A stretch of 64,000 nt of DNA from Tricharina praecox (taxonomy: Eukaryota): NCBI RefSeq assembly GCF_024521635.1, contig NW_026250418.1, positions 496,001-560,000 of the forward strand. Reading direction: 5' to 3'. Below the pieces are notes generated by a model. That model did no database searches. It saw only the letters and a program-made list of their open reading frames with translations, and was not told the origin of the DNA. Below are positions 9,733 through 23,002 of this stretch, piece after piece (position 1 is the first letter of the stretch; each line of letters starts with the position of its first letter). The translations under genes were made by a program, and so were the position numbers.

Positions 9733-12700
9733 CTCGAGCATTGAGGAGGGTAGGGTGAAAGGGAGGCAGTGGTTACCGTTGCCGATGCCGTTGCCGTCCG
9801 CGCTGCCTACTACAAGGTATATGTAGGTCCTCTTGGAAAGATATCAACTATGAGTACCGCCATTCATATCGATTCGTGGCATTTCTTAGCTCCAGTTCGC
9901 GCCTTTGCCGTGGGAGAGAGAGAGATCTTCAATTTATTTCGCATGCAGCATATCTAGACTATATGGCGAAACCTCTGACGTGACCGTAAAGTTTAATGTA
10001 CCTACCGTACCGTAGTATGTGTCGAGTGAGCTCGTGTGATCACACGCAACAACATCATCACCACCACCCGCGACCGGCGTAGTAGGTCGGCCCGAGGACA
10101 TGGCGATATAAATTTCGGAAGCCTCCACCTACTACATACTACACCCCGCGGAAACAAATACCGGAACGAAGTCCCTGATATGTACGATGAATGGTCGATA
10201 TCCGTAATTTACAGGTACGGCGTGACATTTCCGCAGCGCTTCACGGGACGTCACTCTCGTGGCAATGTAGGTAGCTCGAAAAGGCACCCCACTTTTTGCC
10301 ATTGTAGACTTGTAGTTACCGGTAACTACCACCACGCGTGGTACTGGCGAACCACGTTCTATCTAGAATACCCTCCCAGCAGCTAACCTCGCTGTAGTTA
10401 CATACAGCCAGTTCCATTTCGTCATTGGACCACTACGGTATCAACCACTTCACGATGCACCGGACCTACCTAACCGTCCGTGCATGCGTGCATGAGCAGC
10501 ACTCGGGGAGCGCTACCATATTCTCCATACATAGAACACTAACCCGCCCTATTCCCCACAACCATAGGTATCCACATCCAGAATTCCGAGGCCGGGGTTA
10601 CGGGGATGTTTCGTAGTCTTCCACGTTCCAATATGTACTCCTTCCACAGGTGACAGGTGGCAGGTGAAATGACGCTCCGAGCCTCCGAGCCTCCGATGAT
10701 TCTAATTCCGTAATATGGGGATGGACGATCGGCGGTAACTAAGTCCAGTGCCGACGGTGGAAGGTGCGGTAGGCAGCCCTATGCTATCACTGGATCCGAT
10801 CCTTCCAAAAACCGCCGAGCAATCGCCGTCTCCGACTCTCCGACTCTCCGTGGCCAGGAGTAAACCTCCTCTCTAGGTATGCACCTATGCACCTATGCAG
10901 GGAGATACCGACCGGAATAACTATCGGTGGCTAGAGTACATCGGTAGGTGCTGACATTAACCGCCATGCACATCCCGATAGTTATGTACCTCCTATTGTT
11001 ATGCATCCGACCCGCCCGATTCTACCAATTCCGCCCACCCCCGCCAGCGGCCGATCCCGCCCACACCCAATCCCGCCAATCCCACCAGCGGCCAATTCTC
11101 CAATAACAGCCCTGCCATCCCGATGCCTCCAGGCACCGTTCCGCCCAGTCCAGTTCCGTCCAGTTCAGACCAGTTCAGCCACGTCCTTACCCCTGGCCCT
11201 ACCTAGCCCCATCCCTATAGTAGCCCCACTGCTGTTCCTACCCCTGGCCATGGCCCGAACCCGAAGCCACCCAGCCCCATCCTCCAGGCACCAGGGAGGG
11301 AGCAGCAGCGGCGCGCCCCGTAAAACACACACCAGCCCCCCCCCCCCTGCGTCCGGTTCCCATTCCACAGGTGGGCCTGGTGTGGCGTGTTTCACCATTC
11401 TCCCGAATAACTACTGGTACCAAATGTGGCTCGTTTCGTCGCGACTCGTACCAGAATTAGTACTATACTGCCTACTGGTACGTAGCGAAAGAATAGTAGA
11501 GAAGAGAAGAGAAGGAAGAGCATAGCCGCCGCGAACATTCTGCGGGCAGGGAATTTGGTTCGCGGGTTTCTGGTGTTTTTTGTTTTTCTTTTCTCGGCTT
11601 TTTGTTTTTGTTTTTCTTTTCTCGGCTTTTTGTTTTTGTTTTTTGTTTTCTTTTTTCTTTTTCGTTTCTCCTTGGGGGATGGTACGGTAGGATGTACGGT
11701 GTCTACGGTAGGGAGAAGGCACCACAGGCACTCTACATACTCTATCGATAGAAGCCGATGGAACACCTCACCCGCCCCGCCCACCTGCCCAGCGTGCCTG
11801 CCTACGTACCCAGCCTACCCAAGACTCCAAACCCCAAGACCCAAGACTCACGGTGTTACCATATGCACGCGCATTCCATGCATACAGTCGCGACTCACTC
11901 GCGACTCGCGTCGCCTTCGGCGCCTCGACGCCTCGTGTGTAGTACAATACATACCATAAGTACGCGTCGTGATTCGTAGATGGTGCCGTAAATACCAGTC
12001 TCTACTGGTCTCTACTAGTCTCTACCAGTCTCTGCCTCTCTATCTGGGTACATACATGAGTATCATCTGATGTCAGCACCGGCAGCCTTCCACTGCCTAC
12101 CCTACCGCCTACGGACACTATGATACCTAGACAGTCGCGTCTTCCAAGCTCCAAGGGCCGGCGGGAAAGGTATTTTTGCGGAGCGGAGTGGGGTGGTGTG
12201 GTTTGTTTCTGGGGGGGCGGGGGAAGGAGGGTGCACGAGTCCGTTTGTAAGGGGTTCGGCAGGTGTGCGTGCGTGCGTGAGCGAGTGAGCCTTGAGTGAG
12301 GAATGGGTGGGATGGAGGATGGATGGGTGAGGGATGGGAGAGTTCGGATGAGTGGCGCCCTACACTACTATACATCACTCTACTCTGCCGTACCTGCTGT
12401 AGGTACTATGGAGAGCACACGAGCTTCTGCTCTCCACGGTTGCGAGCTTTCGAGATGTCGCCGGGGTTGGGCTGGGTGATACGATAGGTACTATGTACGA
12501 CATCTACGGTAATCAGGGGAGACAGACATCGTACCTACACCATAGGCACTATCGTAGCATCCAATCTCCGAACCATGCAAACCGCACTGCACCAAAGCCC
12601 AATCCCCAAGCCTCACCTCAAGCCTCAGAATCCCAAGGCGTGCGGGCGATATATAGTGAGTGAGTGAGTGGATATGCGGGATGGCAGGGAGCTCCCAGTG

Positions 12701-14242
12701 GCCCGTGGGGTTAGGTAGGTGGAACCTGGAGTGGAATCTGGAGTACTCTATGTACCTATCTGGCCACACGTGCCCACGGGATCCGGCCGGGCGGGGTGAC
12801 AGGGAGGACGGGGGACGGGTGGGATCGGATTGGAAGATTGGAGATTGGATGTAAACGAACGGGAGATCTCTCTGTCTCCACTGACGGAGCAGCCCTGAGC
12901 CCATATGGACGGGCAGGAGACAGATCCTGTCGTGTCCCGCGCGCATGACTTCAGGCCTTTCCAGCGCGAGGGTTTGTAGGTACCTATCAGATGTAGCTAG
13001 AGTACAGCATGTCATGTTCAACGAGGATTGAGGATCAATCACCAAATCATCAAATCCTCAAATCATTAGAGGATCTGCGTATATACGAAAATAGCACCCA
13101 TCAGCCACACCTTGGTCCTAGTTATAGTACTAGTTATAGTAGAAGCCGCCACTCTGCGGCGCTCTTCGGCGCTCTGGCCAGCGGCCAGCACTAGAGCAGG
13201 CACTCTAAGTAGAGCTGCATGAGATGAGATGGAGCCTGGAGACATTTCTTACGGGACGCGAGGCGTCGAGGCGTCGAGGCAAAATGTGAAGATCTAGGAT
13301 TCTTTTGGAACAAAAAAGCTCTTCCACTGCAGTCCACATTTGTCCATACATAGCACGAAACGAAAGCAGCTTATGTAGAATACGAGTTTAAAAATAATTG
13401 TAAAAAAATAATTGTTTGTAGTCGAGTAAGTCTCGTCCATTCGCTTCCACCACTACCAAACCGGCCGAAATGCCTTTCACAAAAAAAAACACAGGAAACA
13501 GTAATAAAAGAATGTCCAATCCAGTCCACCAACAGTCCACGTCCCAACCAAAGCATAAAAAAGCAGGCACTGGAAGCAACTATGTGCACGCGCGATTCTG
13601 TCGTTTAAAAGAAAGAAAAAATTCCCCGAGGAGCCAAATTCGTGAATGCTCCAATGAATATGAACAAAAGCATCCGAAACTGTACAAGCCCCCCTCTCTC
13701 TATCCATCCACCATCCATCCACCCACCCACCCATCCATCCATCCATCCATCTATGTCCTCCTCCTCCAGCATCGCAATGTTCCAACCCATCCAGAAAATA
13801 AAAAAGGATGTATGATTCATCAGCGGCGCATCTGAAGTTTCTCCGCATTCGCAATATACCCAGGAGGTATTCAGAATGCTTGTTCAGATGCGCCGCCGGC
13901 AATCGGGGTTATGTCGGCAGGCCGAAAATATTCTCTCGTAGTCGACTTGTTTGTTGGAAAGGAGTGCGCGCGCGGACCTTCGTTCGGTCGATCGTTCCAT
14001 CATGGTGTTTTTTTGTGAGGTTTTTGTTTGCGGGGAGTGGTTCCCGTGGAGCGTTGGATAATATATTACTCTCGTCCTCGTCCTCGTCCTCTTCGACTCG
14101 CTGTCGAAGGAACCGTGTGGGTAGGGTGGGGGGTGGGCGGCGTTGTATGCTGTCGATTTGGTCGCATCGCAGGACATCCCGTTCTCGATTACGAAAAGTG
14201 GATGCTGGGATGAGCGGCTGAAACAGCGAGCTGATTGGTCGT

Positions 14243-14917
14243 CTAGGGGTTGGTGAACTCGCGGACATGCACATGCGAGTCGAAGTGCACGCTGCGGTGC
14301 GAGCTGGCAGGGGAGACGTCCGCCTGAGTCTGGGCAGTGCTGGTGTCGAGGTAGGAAGTCCGAGGGTTGCCGCCGTAATGAGCGACGTTGGTGTTGCTGT
14401 TGCGGGGGCTTCCGCTGTAGTGAGAGAAGCCGGTGTTGCTGGTCCGGGGGCTCGATGAGTGCCTGGAACGAGCCGCCTGCTCGCGCCGTCGGGTGTCCTC
14501 CTCCCATTGGGAGCCACGAGGAGGGGCCTCAATGGTGGGCACGGGAGCGGGAGCCGCCTCGCGTTTCTTGATGTCGACGATTTCGGTCGAGAAGTAGCCC
14601 TGGTTGTAGTGGACGATGATGCGGATCAGGCCGTCGACAGCCTCCCAGCCGTTCTTGTAGTCGACGGTGAAGACGCCAACGTGCTCGGCCTTCTTGTAGA
14701 GCAACTTGGTGATTGCAATGCAGAGGGTTCGGCCGGTCGTGCAGAGATCCCGTCCCTGCTGGTAGGCAATCACGGGGTTGCGGCAGGGCTTACACTCCTT
14801 GGAGTGGTTGTGGAAATCCTTCATCTGCCGGTAAGTGTCGTTGTCGATCTGCTCGACGATGGAGGAGACTGCGGTCTTGTGGCTCGAGCCAGCGTTGTAT
14901 ACTCCGGTGCGGGCCAT
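14243..14917 (-). CDS. Hypothetical protein with H-x3-C-x2-C...C motif (possible Zn-binding)
   Basis: 224-aa single-exon ORF with strong C/G third-position bias, a CA-rich 5' leader and the motif FHNHSKECKPCRNP...DLCTTG, followed by a low-complexity C-terminus. Confidence 0.8.
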   Translation of the reverse strand: MARTGVYNAGSSHKTAVSSIVEQIDNDTYRQMKDFHNHSKECKPCRNPVIAYQQGRDLCTTGRTLCIAITKLLYKKAEHVGVFTVDYKNGWEAVDGLIRIIVHYNQGYFSTEIVDIKKREAAPAPVPTIEAPPRGSQWEEDTRRREQAARSRHSSSPRTSNTGFSHYSGSPRNSNTNVAHYGGNPRTSYLDTSTAQTQADVSPASSHRSVHFDSHVHVREFTNP

Positions 14918-17900
14918 CTCGTCGGTCTGTATTTCCTGGTGGTGGTGGTGGTGTTTAGGTTGCTGTTCCGAACGACGCTGGTAGTGGAAGTGAATGGTGG
15001 TGGTAGTGGTGGAGATGTTGTGGGGGACTGTTGATGGTATGGTGTTGTTGTTGTTGTTGTGTGAAGGTCGGTTTACAAGCTCAGAGTAGGATATGTTGTG
15101 ATGGTTGTAGTGCTGAAGGATGGAGATGAGGATCTGAGGGGATGCAGGCGGGATATTTAATGTCGAAGTGATTGTCTGGTGGAGCGATCGTATGGAGGAG
15201 GAACGTCAGTGGGGTGGTGGGGGGATGGGGTTTTATGTAGGGGCCGGAGACGTGCTGCTTGCTTGTAGCATGGGCAGGGTGCATCCATTATTATTCCCCT
15301 TCTTTGGCTGTGCAAAGAGTCATGGGCCACCCCTGCCAGCCAGCCAGGCGCATGTCGCAGAGGCAGAGAGCCAGAGTTCGACGGAGTGAAAGAGGCGCGG
15401 GTGTGACACCAAACCACCGATGCTCCCCATCCCTCCATCCCTGGACTTGCTCGTTCGTTCGTTCCGGCTGCGCTGGTGGTGGTGGGTGCAACTGTGCAAG
15501 CACAGCCTTCTTTTTCCGTTCCATCGATCCTCAGCAACGGAGCCAGGCTAACCCCCCGTGGCAGTTTGGGAGCCGTGAAATACCCTAGCAGCCTGACTAG
15601 CTGGCCCTGCCGATTCGCTGCCGGGATCTATTTGGGCTCTTGCGAATTCGGAACCGCGCACGCTCAACCAGTGGCATCAGGCAACAGCACGGCCAAACTC
15701 TCAGTGGTCCTCGGGTTTGCCGCCCAGCGCAACGCCCACTGCCCAGTCTCCCTGCTACCAAAGAAAAACTGCTTACGTGTACGGGCACCAGTGACCACCA
15801 CTCACCACTGACCAGGCACCATAATCGACAGGAATACCACTCGAGCGAGTAGAGTGCACGCCCAGCTACACAACAGTAAAGCCAGCAAATAATGTCTGCA
15901 CTGGAGATGAGAGGAGACTGCATGATCACACCAAAAAATAAGTTGAGTGCTGTCGCCCTTCCGATCCCCGGCCCATCACTACGGTCGAAGCCACGATGCT
16001 CGTTCTCGTCCTCCCACGGCGGCCTGAACCATCAATCTCCTCCACCACCTCCTCCTCCTCCTTCTTCAGCACGCAGGGTCTAGGCCCCTGTTTGCCCCGA
16101 TGCTTGCACGGAAAACTAAGTATGTAATCAAGTATGTATCATACTTGGGACGTGACCGATGGACTCACTCGTTCGCTGAACTTACTGTGTCCCGGGTTGA
16201 CCGTGACGTCGGGAGCGAGGAGAGGTGATGATGAGGAGGAGAAGGAGGAGGATCACGGCTTGTCTCCCGATGTTGCCCCCTCGTGGGTGCGCACATGTAC
16301 ACTCACGCACACCTCCAGTACCCACACACTCACACACACACTCACACATATAGTACCGTACCGGTGAGAGTTTCCGGAGATCTTCGGGAGCGGAGCGTGG
16401 AGGTGAGTAAGTGAGTAAGGAGGCAAGTAGGTACACAACTACTCTACTCTACCAAGTACGGTACCTGGTGTGTGTTAGTACGTGCTCTGTACTCATACGG
16501 TAGATCGATTCGCCTGCGCCACGGTCAACCTGCCTAACACCCTACCTATCGGCACGCTCGCACTCGATCCCCACACGTCTCCATACATACATTTCCATGT
16601 ATGTACGGCATGTATGTCTCTTCGATAACTAACCGACGAGTGTAGTCATCTTGTAGGTACGTGATGTGCGACATCATGTTGGCATGCACAGTATGCACGG
16701 TAGTGTAGCCACCAGCACCAGCACCAACACCAGTCCAGCCCAGTCCGTGCGAGCGAGCTGAAGCCACGATGCCATCTTTCGCTTCGCTTAGACACATCGT
16801 TAGAGGTATTCCGCATGCACCGGCCAAAATCCGTGCGGTTCTCGCCCGCCCGCCAATCCGCCTGCAGCCCGTCAATCGGCACAGCACGGTGCGGTGCGGC
16901 CGGCAGATGGAGGTTGGGGTGAGGGGGGAGGGGGGGGGGGAGGCGATGCCAGCGACAGCTGGAAATGCCACGTTCAGTTTCGAAGGAAGGAAGGAAGGAA
17001 GAGGCTGGCCTAGCTGGCTGATCTGGCTGGCCTGGGCTGGCCAGACGTGATTGTCGTCGTTCTAGAGGAATTTTTTCTATCACCGCCACACACGATGAAG
17101 TGGGGACTTTTTCGGCTGGGGGTCTTGGGGATGATTTGAAGATGACGGGCTTCGGCTGGGGGAAGGTGGGGAGGGGAGGGGGGATGAATTTGGAGATGAC
17201 GGCGGCGTGCAGAAGTCTTCGCGACGCTGATTTGCTACCGAACTTTTTTTCGCAGAAGGTGCCGCTTCTTTTTTTTCTTCTGTTGCTACTGCTGCTGCCA
17301 ACGGCTGTGCGACAAGGCGGCGGTGAAGATTGATTGGCCCGCCGCTTGGGAGAGCTGCGTCATGTCGTCCGTGTAGGTGGACTAGAGTAGAGGTGGTTCC
17401 TGCCCGCCCGCCCCCTACATACAGCTTGAGTACCTCCTCTGTGTGATGTGATGCTCGTCCGCGACAATTATTGGGTGGATAACCGTCATGCAGGGCGGCC
17501 GGGCGGAGAAAAGCTAAGGATCTGGGACCAGCAGTTACTTGCAGCATGTCACCTATGGATTGGTGGGGGAGGGTGGGTGAAATCCTCACCGCCGCCGGGC
17601 AGCGCAAGTATGTAGAGTAAAAGAACAACACCAAAAGTCCGAGGTGGTGATGATCGTGGGCCCGGCCCAACACCATGACGATTTTCTCACGACGTCACCA
17701 CGGTGGGTAGAGTAGAGTGGTCGAGGTCCTGAGCTAACGGCCTAGAGTAGAGTTGTTACTGCTGGGGCCCAAGGAACACCTTGGATTCCGCCTTACCCAC
17801 ACACACACGCACACACACATCCCTCCCTTCTTTCCTTCGCTCCCTTCGCTTCACAGCCACCATCCACCACCAGCACCACAACCATCACGACAACCAACCT

Positions 17901-18838
17901 GCAAGAAACACACGCCCACAGAACATCCTGCAATTTCTTTGGTTCCCCCTGGCGCCTGTATATAGGCTGTAGGCTGTTGCTTCATCGCTTCCCCGTCTCC
18001 TCTTGTCTCTAGTTACAAGTTGCAACAAAGCGACAGCAGCGACAGCAGCGACGTCGAGGCACAGGCACAGCCTCTTGATCGCTGCACTGCACTGCGAGGA
18101 CACGAGGATGAAGAAAAAACCTCCCTTCGCTCTTCCCTTCCCTTCACTCATGTGTATTCCACTTCCATGTTTGAGGTTCTGAGCATGCCTGCTCCGAACC
18201 GGCGAACCATCGAATCAGCCGACTTTTGGCTACTATTTGTGGCACATCCCAACTCCCAACTCCCCAGCGACTACTGACTACTGACCACTGACCAGTCCAG
18301 CCGATCGAGATACTGCGGTACTGTACGGTAGGTATTCGTGGAAATCCTGCTTGACACTTGTATCTAAGGGCTCTGGAGTCTTGCTACCACTTGCGGTACG
18401 GTGCAGCTCCCGTGGGCCCTCGTGCCCGTGCCTGTGCCTGTGCCACAGCCTGTTTAGAAGGTATTATTATTATGGGGTATGAGGTATGTACAGTACCAGA
18501 ATTCTGCAGGCAGCAGAATTACGGTATGTACGGTATGTACCTGCGCCATGCTGTGCCTAATATCTAGAGTACCTAAAACAACTGCGCGCGCGCGCGGTGG
18601 CGTCTGTCCCACCGAAACAATTTTTCCTCACGCTCACGAGGAAACATTTCGAACATTTCCATTCCCTTCCATTCGACGAGATGAAACGAGGCCGTGCAGT
18701 CCTCGAAGACAGCGACCGAAAATTCTCCCTCCTTCCCTCCCTTCAGCCGATCCCAGCGCTCGCCGCTCATGTCTGCACTGCAGTCGGGGGTCTGCGCCCG
18801 TTCTCAGCCTGCTCTGCTCGCTCGCACACGTAGAGTAC

Positions 18839-18913
18839 GGTGGTGGTGGTGGTGGTGGTGGTGGTGGTGGTGGTGGTGGTGGTGGTGGTGGTGGTGGTGG
18901 TGGTGGTGGTGGT
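18839..18913. repeat. (GGT)n microsatellite, about 25 units
   Basis: Uninterrupted GGT run. Confidence 0.95.
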
Positions 18914-21900
18914 AGGTAATTCACGGCAGCACGGCCGCGTAGATCCTGGTTATCCTGATTGTGCTTTTACTCCGCGAAGGATCTCCCCATCCCGAACGCC
19001 GAGCGGGGGGGAACAAGCGAATAAAGAAGTTTTCGCCACCCCGATGCGATGCGGTGCCATGCGATGATGATGCTGGCGATGATGAGGATGATGAGGATGA
19101 TGAGGAGGGTGCCAGCGAGACGTGGCCGAGAGGATTATGTGGTTACAATGTGGTTATTGCAGCGAGCGAGCGGTTTTGCTTTTTGCTTCTGGAGGAGCCG
19201 AACTGGATGGACGTTTCTATGCATACTCCATACTTTACCGGTATGAGTACTCTACTCTAGGTAGAGTACGGCAACAATTGCTGACGTGCCGACTTTCTTC
19301 AGCCTGGGGATCGGCAACAGGAGCAGTGAGAGCACTGTACCACCCAACATACCCAACTTTGGAGCAGAGTGGCTGATTGTCTGGACTCTGATCTCGACTC
19401 TGAACGCGCAGTTCGCGCAAATCTTTCGCCACAGCTCTGCACTGCTGTTTACACATTTAAATATCGACACGTGGAAGCCTGGAGGGGAGACGCGCAATCC
19501 AGTGACATATCATATGTAGCAGAGTAGAGTATTTATGCACCACGCAGTGCGCTGCGCACTGAGCATTGGCAATGAAGTATGTAATGCGCACATCCGTCTC
19601 GTGAGTCGTGGTGGTGGTGGTTACGTATGCAGATTTGTAGATAGGAGGTATGGAGATATGTAGATTTGTAAGATGAGCAAACATCGACAAACATCGACGA
19701 AACAAACATCGACGAGGATACACATGCTCGTTTGTTTGCTTGTTCCACCCGCTCGCAGCTCGGGAGGGGAGGGTGCTCGCATGTCAGTTATCCAGTCCCA
19801 CGGGCCACGATACCTACCCTACCCTGCCTTCCCTACACTACAGTTTACACTACACTACCTACACTACGCTACCGTAGCCTCCCCGTCAAGTTCCAACGGG
19901 AGGGAGCGACAGGTTCGCACCATCGCGATTCGCACGTCGCACGTCGCCGGGTGACGCGGGCGGAGGGCGCGGGGGGTGACGGGGGGATAGTCAATCACGC
20001 CCCCCCCCCCCCCCCCCCTCTGCCATTTCGAGGGCTGAACGAGGGGAGACGAGGCTGCAGCGCACGCCGCACGGAGCGGACCGGCTGCGGCACTGCACTG
20101 CACGATACTGCGCTGCACGGTAGGTACTGCACGACAGGTACTGCGCTGTGACGCACTGCGCTGTACGGTACCTACTGCACTACGCTGCGACGCACTGCAC
20201 GATCACGGGTGGAGCATGATCACGGGTGGTGCATGGAGCTACGAGCCTACATACGACGACCTGTGTGTGTACTACTGGTATGTATGCTAGTAGTACGGTA
20301 TGTATGGTTCCTGGATGGGGTTGTGTGGGGATATAACTATGGGATTGTATGGGGATGTAGGTGGGAATGGGGATGTATGTGTGTGCGGGATTTTCACCAC
20401 TTGAGGCTTGAGCTTGTTGTGTATGATGCATGTATGGTATCTACCTTACGGACCTTACGGACCTTACAGACCTTACTGTGCTGACAGTGCTACATAATCT
20501 GACGAGCGACGACCGTAGTTCCTGGTTCCGTGGTTCTGGGGTTACTAACTGGTAGTCAAGGCTTTCCAGCGAGTAGGGCTGCACAGAAGCTGACGGGTTC
20601 GGACCCCGGGGTGATTGATCGTTGCGGCGCCCGCGGGCTGGGTGACTTGTCGTATCTTCGACATTGGATTTCTCCAGCATACCATCATACTACCTACCAG
20701 GTATACAGCAGAATACGATAGGTAGTAGTCGGAGACCTTCGGGCTCCATGAACCCCCCCCCCCCCCTCCCACCCCCACCCCCGGCCACCCACCCACCCAC
20801 CACGCCGAACCGCACCGAACCAAGCTCAAGGCTGTCAAGGCTCCCTCCCCATTGTATACCTACAATAGAACCCCACAATAGAACCCCACGACTGTCAACG
20901 TCAGGACTCTAGACTCTAGCGAAGAAACTCCGAACCGTCCGAACCGTCCGACTGTGCGTGCGTGCAATTGCAGCCAGGCAGTCTTGCGCGCGCGGATTCC
21001 GGAGCTTGCGGCGCATGATCCGGGACGAAGATCCTCAAAGTTCAAACCTTCAAAGTTCAAAGTTCAAAGTTCAGGCCGCCGCCGTGGGATCCTCATGTAC
21101 TATTCTTGGTGCATAGAGATTATTAAGCCACTGTCTACTATTATTATCTAACTGGCGACTAAGCTACACTGGTGACTAAACTAAACTGAACGAGAGTAGA
21201 GTAGACTCTAGAGTAGTAACTGAAGTCTGAGCCTTGAGGGTGTGCGAGTAGATCGAGTATGTAGGTCCCCACCTCAGGCTGCCTACCTACGCCTCCACGC
21301 CTCTACACACGCTTCTACACACGCCTCTACGCTCCTGCTCCCCACACTGCACGCCGCACTGCACTGCACTGTACTGCACTGCGCTGACGGCAACTAGAGT
21401 ACTCGTGTACTCTACAGATAGATAAACGCTTATTAAAAATCATGGAGAATCGAGATTGCACATGTCTACCTAATGTAGAGTACCAGGGTTCGCCGCTGCT
21501 GCTGCTGCCTGGTGCGGTGCGGTGCAGTGCAAGTGGCCCATGGACCATGGTTATGTATGCACACCTACAGAGTAGAGTACATGTAACATAATATATTTCT
21601 GTTTCGCCTGTGCTGTGCACAGCCACAGCCACACCGACACACCGACACCAACTAGAGTGGAGTAGAGTACTGAGTGCTGAGTAACTGGACCCAGCCTTCT
21701 TGCGTTTGGTTGTGTTGACTGTATGGTAGGTGATGTATAGTACCTGGAATAAGGGTACCGATATAGTATGTAGTTGGGAATTTGGGACAGCCGTGCTGCT
21801 GTGCGGCGACTACTGGTCATCGGTCGTTGGTCGGTCAAAGATGGAGATCAGGGATGGAGATCAGGGATGGAGATCAGATGGAGATCGAGGATTCTCGGTA

Positions 21901-22934
21901 GTGATTGATGATTTTGATGGTATTGATGGTACCGGTATGTAACGGACCATCGCGATTAGACGGATACGGCGGACTTGGAGAAATGCGCGAGATGCGAGAG
22001 ATGCGCGAGATGCGCGAGATGCGAGATGCGAGGGATACCGTACTATGATAGGATAGCGAGGACGCCGACAGCTGCCATACGAATCAACATCATCGAGTCG
22101 CATAGTAGTGGGTACTCTACTCTGGTTACATGTTACTCTACAGACTCAGGTATTCCGTCCGATCTTTTGTCCACCCACGGCCCAGACTCCAAACTTGTCA
22201 CTCCAGACTCCATCCTCCAGCCTCCATCCTCCATCCTGCATCCTGCATCCTCCAGCCTCCAGATCCTCAAGCCAAGCCTCCTCCATCCTCCATCCTCCAT
22301 CCTTCATCCTGCATTCTCGCACTCAGCTCAGCTCAGCTCCGCAGGCAGGGCTGCCAAGATCCGTCCGTCGCACCACTTCGCCCCCTCGCCCCCTCGCTCC
22401 CTCAGGTTTGTCCAGTGCCACCCCTCTACCCTCCACACCCCGCGACACCCTCCCTTCGCTCCCTTCACTCACCACCCCTCCACAGTACACTCCCAGTACA
22501 CCCCCATCTGACCACTACTGTCATACCCCATCGCCGTGGAAACCAAGGTTTTTGCTCCAGTGGGTGGTGGTGGGTGGTGGGTACTGTACACTACATAGTT
22601 CGTCTCCTCCTGCTCACGCTCCTACTCACGACGATGACGACGTCGCGGCAGCTGCATCTGCTCGCTTCCTTTCCTACCCTTCTTATGAGTCACTCCACTC
22701 CACTCCCCAGTCTCCCACTATATAGCTACCTAACGAACTACTGCGGGGTAGGTGGTGAAGGGAGCAAGCGGATGATCTACGGTGCGTGCGTGCTGCTTTC
22801 GCAGCAGTGTTTGGGGCAAATACTCTACATGGAAATGGTTGGGCAGCGCCGCCTGGTGTTCGCGCGTTTTTGGTACCGGGTTTGGTGTGATGTGACTGCA
22901 GGACGTGGAGGCAAATGGATGGGAGGGGGTCAGA

Positions 22935-22936
<2 letters not shown>

Positions 22937-22984
<48 letters not shown>

Positions 22985-23002
22985 ACACATGCTGCTGCTG
23001 CT
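22937..23002. repeat. (CTG)n microsatellite
   Basis: About 15 TGC/CTG units followed by a short second run. Confidence 0.9.

Noticed and set aside
11250..11525. ORF starting MARTRSH...GG...APRK, superficially like a histone H3 tail
   Set aside because: No histone fold follows, low complexity and no codon bias; probably chance.
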